Assembly: GCA_965153355.1 (NCBI GenBank)
Contig: OZ231126.1
Span: 41,974,001 to 42,038,000, forward strand
From: Flaccisagitta enflata
Taxonomy: Eukaryota
Direction of reading: 5' to 3'
Length of the DNA stretch: 64,000 nt
The notes below the pieces were generated by a model. The model was not told where the DNA came from and searched no databases. It saw only the letters and a program-made list of their open reading frames with translations. Positions 52,309 to 64,000 of this stretch are shown in pieces. A program made the position numbers and the translations under genes. The stretch's first letter is position 1; each line of letters begins with the position of its first letter.

Positions 52309-54155
52309 TCCGTCAGTCAGTCAATGTCAGTGAATTCATGAAACACAAACGCTCACATAGAGTAAAACGAACTTACACGCTGCACGCACAGGCACGTTGG
52401 ATCTTCATGTCTTCATGCGTTCATACTTTTTTGGTTAAATTCAACCAAACATGGGCAGATACAACTAGTAAGTAATATTTGCACCAATACCTAGTGCTTA
52501 CAACTCTAACTCCTGTCGCCTGTCTTTGCGTATAACCCGGTAATTAGGTCGTATTTTCCGGTTATTAGGACTAACAAGGCTATGTTCAGACGGACGGTTG
52601 GACGGAGGGACAAATTTTGCTTTGGAAGTGCATTAGCGCACCTAAAACCTTCTCTTTGAGAAAGAAAACTCCCGAGATTATAATCAACTCCTGCAGCATG
52701 CAGGACCATGGTTAATTTCTGTAAGTTTTTTTTTCCGAATGGACGCAAATGAGATATCTTCCTCAAAAGGGGGAACGAGAGTGGGTTAACAATGCTGAGT
52801 CTGTAAAGGGGGGGTGGGAGGGGGAGTGAGATAGAGAAAAAAACGGGGTAAAGAAATCTCTTGGGACCAAAGGCACACCTGAGACAATGCCAATCGTGAA
52901 GAAAGGATTTTCTTTTTTGGGCAGCGGGTCCGAAGAGGCCGATGACCTGTTCTGTCACATACAGGGGAATTTCTCCTCCTTCTTCTCGTTCTCCTCCTTC
53001 TTTTTCTTCCCAGTCTGTCCGTCCAAATCTGTCCGTCCAAGTGCCAGCCTCGAGGCATAAATCCCAGCTTTGAAGCCCACGTCCCAGTCGTGAGGCTCAA
53101 TTTCAGCCTCAGAGCCCAAATCCCAGCCCCAAGTCCCAAATTCTAGCCCCATGGTCCTTATACCAGCATTGTAGCCCCATTTCCAACCTCAAACCTCAAA
53201 TCTCAGCCTCGCCTTGTGGTCCGAATTAACCCTTTAGACCATAAAATGTTCCAGGATTCTGGATTCCCCATACGCCCAAGCATAGGTCATCGCATATGAA
53301 GTGTCAAATGGGACAAAACTTTTTATTTTTTTTCCAATTTCCAGTTCTGCCCCGGATGCCGACGCCCAACTGCAAGAGATTGATCGTTTCGTTTAGATTG
53401 CGTGCTACACGACACGACTCTATGCGCCGATTTTTTAGTCAGTCGATCCGACGTTTCGTCCTGCATACACTAAAGGGGTTTTCGCATTGGGAAAATTAAC
53501 GAGATATTTCATAGGGAATATCCAGATAATATCCAGATAATACGCCCAATGCGAAAACCCCTTAAGTCCGTTAGTCACACGAACACTTTTTTTGGCCCCC
53601 TTTACCTATGCCCCAAATGCACTTGTAACCTTCTTGATCACTGCGCCTGCCCGACCGTAGCAACTGGGGTGGTCGTGTTTCCGTTCAATTCTTCTTTTTT
53701 CTTTTTTCTTTCTTGTTCGTATCAGATAAAACCTTTCTTCACGATTTTTGTCGTTAGGCTCCCTGCTGGGATGAAGGTTCCCCTGCTGGTTCAAAACAAA
53801 AGATAAGACCCTGCGCAGGAGACAGAGATTACCACGCGGCGACTCTGTGTGGGCGAAAGGGAAGATGTTTCTTTTTTGTTTGTTTGTTTGTTTGTTTGTT
53901 TGTTTGATCTGAGGTGTGTTTTTTTTCTGAATATCTTTCCATCTAGTTATAAATGGCATCTTCTTCAGTCGTCTGTGTTACGATGTTTTAGTTTTTTATT
54001 GAGTAAATAAAACCATTGATCTTATTCAAGGAATCAAAAGGATCTGTTTTCTTGATTCTTCATCCTGGTCCTTTCTGACTGTCTGTTTGTCTGTCTGTTT
54101 CTCTCTTTGTCTGTCTGTCTGTCTGTCTGTATGTCTTTCTGTCTGTATGTCTCTT

Positions 54156-54261
<106 letters not shown>

Positions 54262-54502
54262 CTATTCTTATCTTGTTTGACACGACTTCTCAAATTCATG
54301 AGTGTTTACGGTCAGCGCCTCCTCGTCAGGCGAACGCGAACGTTGATTCCAGATTGAGCAGGTTGATAATATCGCGGTTGATAACATCGCGGATGGATAG
54401 CTAAGAAGGTATAAGGAATGAGGGAGAAGAAAAAAGAAAAGGAAAAGGAAAAGGAAAAGGAAAAGGAAAAAGGAATTTAAGGAAAAGGAAAAGAAGAAGT
54501 AG

Positions 54503-54584
<82 letters not shown>

Positions 54585-55655
54585 CAGAGATAAGAGCCCA
54601 AGAGAGCGGAAGCGGATATTTCCCCCAATGATCCACTTTCTAAACATGAGAGCGTCCAAATTATCTGCTTGGATTCGAGATGAGTTTTGGCGGTCGCGTC
54701 TTAACGTTGACTTTCTAACGTGAGATGTGTGACGTGAGAGGCGTGATTCGCTATCTCTATCGCCCGTCTTTAGGCCCCTCTCGGAGGGTCAAAAATATTT
54801 CTTTGGAAGGTTCAGAGGGTCGTCGGAATTCTGTGAGAGCCAGGCTGAAGGGACACCAAATTGGCAACGGGTCTGTTAGAGCGGGGTTCAACCATGTAAG
54901 TCATGACGCAAAGCCGGTTTTGATTAATGACTTATCTCGGTTCAACTGTATTTGACCCTCCGAGAAGGACTTGACGACAAAGAATCCGCACGACTCTCGC
55001 TTAAGGTAACCTCTAATGGTCATATGATGGCCTTGTTTCCCATGATCTACAAAATTATTCACCAAAATCAGTATGCCCTTTTTTTCCCCTTGTTCTTTAC
55101 TGTATTTTCCGTATTTTCCGTATTGTGCATTTGTGTATTTTCTGTAATTTCCCCCTTTTGTTTCTCTGTCCTATTCTCTTTTTTTCTTCCTTATCACTTT
55201 GCATCGTTTCCCACCTCCACTCCTGACCCAAAGCTTCCCTGGAGAGTTGAGAGATTAAATCACGATTTCGCATATTGCGAAACCGGGTATTACGAGCGCG
55301 GTCAATCAACCTCTCGCCTCTCTCTCTCATCAGTGGCCAAAAAAGACTCTCGGGAATCGACTTTTATAGAGCTGGCACAGCAGGAAGCTCAAACGCTCGG
55401 TGCGCCACTTTAGATGGTAGAAAGCCACGATAGCCTCCTTATCAAATGAAATTTGATTCGAGTTTAAGATGTGGCTCATTCAATTCTATTGCATTCGTCC
55501 TTTCTCTATCTCAAATAATTTACTCATTACAGCTTCAAACTTGAAAAAGGTGCAAGTTGCGCTGGGTTGTTCAGTGTTTACTAGTAAGAGCGGCTTCCGT
55601 CGACTGGAAAAAAAGAAGCAAGAAATGGAAAAAGTTTTTGCTAACCTATCTTTCT

Positions 55656-56380
55656 TTTTAGATGCGTCCTCGCATCTCTATAAGAGGGTCTGTCCGTCGG
55701 TCGGTCCGTCCGTCCGTTACCCTTTTTCGAAAATCCATCAATCACTAATTCAGTCCCACCCACCCCACTCGGAAAGCCTCGGATACTGCCTTCATCCTTC
55801 CCACCTCCATAATTCAGTTTTTTGCAAATTAAATCCTTTGAAATTGATTGTCAATACCCAAATAAATCTGGTCACTTGCCAATAAACAACATTGGCTCTC
55901 TTGTTTCATGTCAGTTATATATAGCATCAAAGCAGGCCTGTATATTGTTCCGTAAGGGTTTGGAGAAAGAGAAGGAAAAGGAAGGAGGAAAAAAAGAGAA
56001 AAAAAAACTTGGGGAAAATATAACTTATGGCAGTACAAAAATCATAAAACATGATAATTTAAACACAATTTAACACTATTTAAACCTTAAACACCCAGTT
56101 TTAGTGGTTGAGTGGGAAGAAGAACATAGATTTGATAACGCGTCGCGGGGAAAAAAATCAAAGGCAGGGGGGGAAAAAATCAAAGGTTATGGAATCATAT
56201 ACACCCCTGCATCAAAGAAAAAGAAATGTAATTTTTGTTGATTGGTATAATCATAGATTGATGTATTTCTTTACCATGAACAGCGATGTTGATGATAAGA
56301 ACTGCAATATGCAAAAAACATAGAATTCTTTATACATAGAGATAAGTAGAGGACGCATCGTTGCCCGATCGGGCTTGTTA
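55656..56380 (+). mobile_element. DINE-1/Helentron-like element, second subfamily (subTIR GATGCGTCC)
   Basis: 5' ttttagatgcgtcctcgcatctctataagag-(gtcc/gtcg)n; 3' ggacgcatc + hairpin gcccgatcgggc + ttgtt. Confidence 0.75.
55933..56209. mobile_element. hAT-like MITE, 8-bp TSD CATCAAAG
   Basis: CATCAAAG|CAGGCCTGTATAT ... ATATACACCCCTG|CATCAAAG. Confidence 0.85.
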
Positions 56381-56515
56381 TTCGCTGAATAGGTGGTAGG
56401 CTGGTTAATGGTTTGGTTCATAGATATGCATTAGGTTTTTCATGTTGTTCCAGGTTCCATTTTTTGTAGTTGAGAATTAGAAAAAAATAAAAGAAATCAC
56501 ACTTTAAAAAAACAT

Positions 56516-57452
56516 TGTTAGTCGCGTGAACGCGACTCTAGAAGCCGCTATGTCGGTCGGTCTGTTGGTCGGTCGGTCGGTCCGTAACTTTTTTGAAATA
56601 TATGCTTTATAGTCGTTTTAAAGGTTATTGAAGGTTATTGAAGGTAATTGTAGGTAAGTTTTGGTAATTATAGGTAATTTTAGGTAATTTTAGGTAATTA
56701 TAGGTAAATATACAGTACGATGGGAGCAATAAGAGCAGTATAAAGAGGGCCCTCTATATTCTTACTGTTTGAAGGATGAACCTAAAGCTTTGGTTTTTCT
56801 GAAAGCTGATGGTCCAAGGTATTGAGTGAATACAAAATTCCAAACCAAGTGATTCATGACAAAACTGCCAATTGATATTTTAATGTATGTGGTGCGATAG
56901 CTCTGTTGATAGAGTGATGAACTTGAGAAAGTTAATTTCTCTCTCTTCAGTGTCACAGGTTCAAATCCCGAGTGGTGCTGCACTTTTTTTCTTTTTGGTC
57001 AACAGTTAGAGCTAGAGGAATAAAACTATATTCACTCAAAGCTCTTGCTCATCAGCTTTCAGAAAAACCATAATTGAAGCTACTTCATTAGAATAGTGAA
57101 GCAGGAAATGACCCTCCATCTGAGGTTTTCATTGCTCCTGTGGTACTGTAGGTGTTTTAGTAATCTGTATCATATAAGTAAGAAAAGTTGTCTCGGACTA
57201 TAAATTGAGGTAATTGTAGGAAATATAGGAAATAATGGGTAATTTTAGGTGACTATAGATAATTAATGGTAATTTAATGCAATTGTAGGTAGTTATAGGT
57301 ACTTACAGGTAGTTGTGGGTAATTATAGGAAGATATAGCTACTTAGTTATCTTCATTATCTTTATTACCTTAATTACCTTAATTACCTTCATTACCTTAA
57401 TTACCTTTATTACCCTTATTACCACGCGACTAAGGTTTGTTGACCTTGTTTT
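56516..57452 (+). mobile_element. DINE-1/Helentron-like element (subTIR AGTCGCGTG) with 10-bp AGGTAATT repeats
   Basis: 5' tagtcgcgtgaacgcgactct-(gtcg)n; 3' cacgcgacta + aaggt..acctt + gtt. Confidence 0.75.
56713..57148. mobile_element. 436-bp TA-TSD MITE with ~110-bp imperfect TIRs and a central tRNA-like cassette (56891-56990)
   Basis: TA|CAGTACGATGGGAGCAAT ... ATTGCTCCTGTGGTACTG|TA; inner IR ggtttttctgaaagctgatg / catcagctttcagaaaaacc; A-box-like TAGCTCTGTTG, B-box GGTTCAAATCC, T7 run. Confidence 0.85.
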
Positions 57453-57790
57453 ATAAGAGCTCTGCTTTGTTTCAGAACGAATAAACATTGTTTTGCCTCC
57501 AAAACTATTAATAAGCAAAATCTAAAAAATCGATGGTTTCACAAACGGTGAGAAAGCAATGACTGACATTTTGTAGAATAGATATTATGATAAAGCATTT
57601 GGAAATCTTTAAACATTCTTTAACTCTGAAATATTCTTTAGTTTTGAAATATTCTTTAACGTTGAGTCACATCCGGCAAATGGATAATAGTAGAGCCGTG
57701 GTGAGCGTGAGCTCGTAACTCCTGATAACCCTTGATGATGATGATTGCCAAACGTCCATCTACGCTTCTTGCGAAAAGCGGAAACGGAAG

Positions 57791-57866
<76 letters not shown>

Positions 57867-58052
57867 TTCTTTATTTCGTATTTCGTTGGTCAATCTCAGC
57901 GCCGTCCGCCCCCTATTTCCCAGCCCTACTGGGACCTTCCTTTTGTGAGTACATGAATGGAAAATAACTGATAAGGGAAATGGGAAAACGGACGTTTCCC
58001 CCAAGCGATGGAAAGGAAAATAGGAATGGAATGGTGGTTAGAGGAAGAGAGA

Positions 58053-58126
<74 letters not shown>

Positions 58127-58131
58127 AAAGC

Positions 58132-58172
<41 letters not shown>

Positions 58173-58329
58173 GGCAGACAGACAGACAGACAGACAAAGA
58201 GAGACAGACAGACAAAGAGAGACCGAGACAGAGAGCGACAGAGAGCGACAGAGTGAGACAGAGGAAGAGAGACAGACCGAAAGAAACCGTTAGAATCAAA
58301 CAGAAAGACAGACAGACAGACAGACAGAC

Positions 58330-58366
<37 letters not shown>

Positions 58367-58507
58367 GGGACAGACAGACTGAAACAGAGAGAGAGACAGA
58401 GAAAAAGATAGAGAGATGTGGGCGTAGGCCCCTGGAGATTCGGTTTTGGCCCTCATAAAATGACGAATGGACTAGAGTAGGCGCGCGCAAGCTCGTCAGC
58501 TTTTGTT

Positions 58508-58606
<99 letters not shown>

Positions 58607-61600
58607 TCTATCTTTACGTCTGCAACTGTCTGTTTATCTATATGTCTGTCAGTCTCTTGTTCTTTTTCCTTATCTTTTTCCCAAGCGACTCCATAAGAGG
58701 CTGTGACCGTAGGGGGGGAGAACGCAAAATTTTGGATGACGCGAAATCGGTTGAAAGAGTGATTCCCCCCCCCCCTGCCCACCCACAACACAACCTCCGT
58801 CCACCAATATCATTGCCCCTGCCCACCCACATTACTGCCCCTGCCTACTAGCAAGCGACTACTTATTGACCTTTTGTCTGGCCCTGTTATTCTTTCCAAA
58901 CGACGGTGTACGCACGTCTGCTGTGGCGCAAATTTAATTTATCTTTCTTCATCCCTGAACTAGCTCTTTCTTACCAAACAACATTTGTAGCGCAACGGAC
59001 CATGTTTTATCTATCTTTACCCTTCACGTTCTTGGTCTCCCTTATTGGGGACCCGATAAATGATTTGATTGCTCGGGGGAATTTGCTTTTGCTTTGATCA
59101 TCGGAACCATTTTGATGGGATATGGAAAGGAGTAGCACATAGAAAAATGCGGCAATGAAAGTAGAAGAACAAGTAACCCGGAGTTACAATATAGTTGTGC
59201 GGTTGTGGAATGTGGACGGGAGAGGGCCCTAGGGGAAGAGTGGTAATACGCGTTTTCGAACTTTCAACTTGAGCATGAGCAAGGACGAATAGATAGACAT
59301 TTTCAAGTCGTTCTAAATCAGATTAAGTCAACATAAATCTGGGTTACCGGTTCCTATATAACCAACGCCAACTGTCCTGAGAACGCAAGATCCCACAGAG
59401 ACAGACAGATAGATGATCAAGGAAGAGGAGATGGCGGGGCAATTCGAAAAAATAATCCAGTCCGCGTGTTTCAAAGTCGCCGACGACCGTCCAGGCATCT
59501 TTAGTATGTTTATCAGCCAAGCGTCAAGCAAATAATGACAAAGCGATTATCCGATATAAATTCGTTTTCATAACCGATAACAATGGGCCTAAAAAAAAAT
59601 TCGCTTGACAGCAATTTCTACTTCTATCATCCTCCCGTCATGTGCGATAAACATTGAAAGTGACGCGCGACGTCAGCATTCGCGGCAAAAGCGTGTCAAC
59701 AAATGGGAAACGAATAAAGATAAGCACGTATGTGTGGCGGTGTGGGTGGCAGCAGAAGTGGTAGAAGCGGGTGTTTTAATGGCATTGATAGTGGCAGTGT
59801 CGACATTAATCTATGCAACAGGTGTGTTGACAAATGGAGGACCAAATAGAGATAATGGCGTGTCTCTGACAGTGTCGGTGGCAGTGATAGTGCAAGACGG
59901 TATTTTAGGCAGTAGTGGTGTGAAAGACGCCGACTGAAGTTCAGCGGCAGTCAAATAACTTAGATCCAAGGTCTCATTCTGCAGCAGGAGTGTCAACAAA
60001 CGGAGAACTAATGAAGATTATCAGTATCTCGTATAATTTTGTATTGTACTGTATACTTTTAGGGAACATGAAATAAATGAAATACATCTGGGTCATCAGT
60101 TCATAATGACACCGCTACAAGAGCCTATAACGCGACGATTTGAATCATCTCCAATGCGAGGGTGAGATACAAAAGCGAAAAATGTAAGAAAAAAAACCAC
60201 CATTTGCCGCGGAAAGATTTTGAAAATCCGTAGATTTGTCTAACTTGAGTTCCATTCTGCTTAACGGTGTAAAACAACTAATAGAAATCCTTAAAAGAAT
60301 AAAACCCATAATCGAGAAAATACACGACTACTGAGTGATGTTACAGGTTGGATTAGAACGTGGTGGTAGAGACGATGTTTTGATAACAGCGACGCAACGT
60401 CTGATCTTGCCATAAGCAGTTGTCTAAACTCTTTCAAATCCATCCAATCTTGTGTCTGTTTGCTTAGGAGCAGCGCACTAGCAAAGCTGATTGAGAATAA
60501 AGTGTTAACTCATATTTCTTAGTACACCCTGTTAGTGGCAGTAGAGACGGCGGCAGCGGTGTGGGGGCGACAGTGGCAGCGGCAAACGGAGGCAGCAAAG
60601 GCGATAGAAAAGTTAGAAATCGCGATATCAATTGTGAAGACGACAGCAATGACGGTAGTGGCGGCGGCGGCGGTGTTGTTACTTGTTAGCGACAGTGAGT
60701 GGTGATGGTGGTTCAAATCGAACGGCGCTTGCAGTGTCAGAGAAAAAATGGCGATGATAGCCCAAAACAGCGAAAGAGAGAAAAACAAGGCCGGATACAC
60801 GGCTACCCCAGTCGCGTGCGGGTGGGCAGGGGCTGTAATTGAGGTCACCATATCATTTGGGCAGGAGCAGTGAGGCCAAAAACCACAAAACCCCAAAAAA
60901 AGTAGTGTGATGGACGGACGGACCGACGGAACGTCCGACGGACGGACCTACAAAGCGGGTTGTAGAGTCGCGTAGCACGCAACGAAAAACAAGAGAGGAA
61001 AATAGATGGATTATATTTGAGTAAATCGATGTGAAAACGACGTGGTGATAAAGTGTTACTGACGGACCGACAGACGGACAGACCGACAGATGGATGGACC
61101 GACCGACCGACCGACCGACCGACCGACCGACCGACAAAGCCGGGTGTAGAGCCGCGTAGTACGCGACTAAAACCCCTCAGCGGCGGTATTGGTGGTAACG
61201 CTTAGACTTAGAGTGACACAAAATGGGAATGAGAAATTAAAAAATCGCTGATAACTTTTTTTTGGTAGACAAAACTTTTTCCGACAAAACTTTTCCAGAT
61301 CATTTCCGTTTATCATCTTCATTCAAATCGTTTGACAGACTTTTGATGTTTTCTTAAAGATGCGCTGTAAAACTAAATGCAGATATAGACAACTTTTAAA
61401 CCGTGGAAATGAGACTGTCAGTAGGAAATAGGCGAATATTGCGAGAAACAAGGCCGGATACACGGCTACTAAAGTCGCGTGCGGGTGGGCAGGGGCCATA
61501 TTTGAGGTCACCAGACCATTTGGGCAGGAGCAGTGAGGTCAGAGAAATAAAATCATAAAAAAGTAAAGTGTAACCGACCAACCGACGAACCGACCGACTG

Positions 61601-62228
61601 ACCGACCGACCGACAAAGCGAGTTGTAGAGTCGCGTGCACGGGACTAAGAAAAGAAAAAGACTGCGAGGACCATTTTTCTTCAAGATGAAGTTGAACGTT
61701 AATATAGAAGAACAAAAAAAAATGACCAAGAAAAAAGGTTGTTGGCGGAAGTGACACACATAAGACTGCCAGAAAATCGTTAAGGATGAAAAGCGTTGGC
61801 GCTCTCAATCGCTTTTATATGTGCACGCAACTTGATATAACCCTCCATTCGGGTAAGAGGGTTAGTCAGCTGGTTGGTCGGTAGTTAACTTTGTTCCGCA
61901 TTCATGGCCTTTTAGTCTTTTTCCAATGGCCCCAAAAGAGAGAGCACGTTTATGGGATGTCATGTCCTTTTGTTGATAGTATAAGGTTGATCGGCCTGTC
62001 GGTTAGTCAGTGACGCATCTGGCATGACTACTTTATCAATTCCTAAGGCTAAAACTCAGAAGCACGGACACGTGCGCTTTTAGTCACATGCAATAAATTG
62101 CCTACGTTAATGTTCTGAGAAACGTGTTCACTTTGCTCCCACTCATATTACTAAGACATTTCCTCTATTCGCTTTCATCCATGCACGACCATGATGGTTT
62201 TCCCCCTTCTTCTATCCATTAAATGGCT

Positions 62229-62357
<129 letters not shown>

Positions 62358-63455
62358 GCTATCAATTTCTTTTTGTTCCAACTTTGTCTTTTTCTGTCCG
62401 GGAATCAAGCAGATTAAGTAATTAGCAAGAGGGACGACGTTCAGCTTTCGCCGTAGAATTTCTCGGCATTCATTTTCTAAAATACGGTCGCAGAAGCCGC
62501 TTGGACGTTGCGAACATTGAAGCTCCAACACATCCATATCCTCATCTGACGATGAATGAGTGGAATTTCATACAGCTAATTCCAACCAGTAACTAGTCGT
62601 TAACGGACAAGCGCGTGTATCTGGTGGACGTGACGAACTGCATGTGGATCTCCGGTTGGGAATCCTTATAAAAAAAAAAAGAATGTTCTCGTTTTAATGA
62701 TTATTTCCTCCATGAATGAAACAGTGGATTCTTTTAATGATCTTTGGTTCTACAAGCCCCGGTGTCTGTTGGGGGTGGGGGGGGGGGTCGAGGAGGGACG
62801 GAGCTAGGGGAAAAGAGTGAGAGAGCTAAATTACGAGTCGGTCACTCTATTCAATTGGTGTGCCATTGGAAAAGTGCGCCCGACGTCGATGGCATTCATT
62901 GGGGAAACATAAAGCCAAGCCATTAAAAGGGAAAATGAGATAACTGAACGGAGGATTAAGAGGTGAGGGTAGAGAGGTGAGGGTGGAAGAGGTGAGAGTG
63001 GATGAGAGAGACGCAAGGGCAAACTATTGATTATTTTTCACTCCATCTGTCGCATGATGTTTGCCATATTGTGGTTGTCCTCTTGCGTTTGCCTTATGGC
63101 GTTTTCTTTTCTTTTTTTATCGTGTTGGTACGTTTTCAATCATGTAGGTACATGAGTGAACATGATGCGTTTGTGTTTGCCTCCCCAATCAAAATCTTTC
63201 CACATACTGCCTTACCATTTATTGCTTTCATGCCTGCAGTCTCGTTATTTGGAGAATGTCAATCGATTATCTTTTTCCATTTACCATCTTTACCAATAAA
63301 GGCGGCTCTCGCCGACCGGAAAAAAGTCGTAAATGGGAGTTTTTTTTTCAATGCGTGTTCTTCTGTGTGCATCTTAGGATATCTGGTTGACTGCCTGCTT
63401 GTTTTTTTTTTATTCAATCTGTCTCTCTGTGTCTCTTTTTTGGTCTTCCTTTGTC

Positions 63456-63513
<58 letters not shown>

Positions 63514-63659
63514 CATGTGTGTGTATGTGTGTGTGTATGTGTGTGTGTATGTGTGTGTGAGTTAAGCAGCTTCGATATGTTTCGACTTTTGTTTCGATTC
63601 GGTTTTTGGGCAGGATTTTTCGAGTTGGGTCGAAATGGTCATTTTTTCGAAGAGAGGAC

Positions 63660-63773
<114 letters not shown>

Positions 63774-64000
63774 GAGAGATGAGGAAGAGGATAAGGGAGA
63801 GAAAAAAGATAGGGAAATCGCTCGGCACCATTGTGTACCATTGATAATGGCATCATTGCCGCTCATTGTCTAATTTCGTATCGACTTCTTGTTTCGATCA
63901 GGCAAAAAAAGGCATCACCATTTCGTCCACCGGATGGACGAAAAAATAGATAATATCGATCGAATTCGACCGCCCCTTCAAAAACCCTTTTCGAAGCTGC

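Overview
Repeat-saturated eukaryotic (very probably invertebrate animal) genomic DNA, mostly intronic or intergenic. Nearly all ORFs in the supplied track are microsatellite artefacts. Supported coding sequence: (i) one 198-bp + strand exon (9171-9368) of a pentameric ligand-gated ion channel, probably of the Cys-less 'Pro-loop' type; (ii) a ~2.5-kb low-complexity - strand exon (45957-43460) whose frame is broken by a 13-bp tandem duplication; (iii) a decayed Gypsy-type gag-protease fragment split by an 8-bp-TSD (hAT-like) insertion. About 15 kb (11990-26580) is a series of satellites with higher-order structure. The rest is non-autonomous DNA transposons (TA-, TTAA-, 4-bp- and 8-bp-TSD types) and many Helentron/DINE-1-like short elements. 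Most unusual: an 8.3-kb TIR element whose two ends read heptamer CACAG(T/C)G + 23-bp spacer + nonamer-like AAAAAATCC (23-RSS-like), nested in a ~14.6-kb inverted-arm structure; and a TA-TSD TIR family carrying an internal tRNA-like Pol III promoter cassette. All alignments and identities were judged by eye; no database searches were run.
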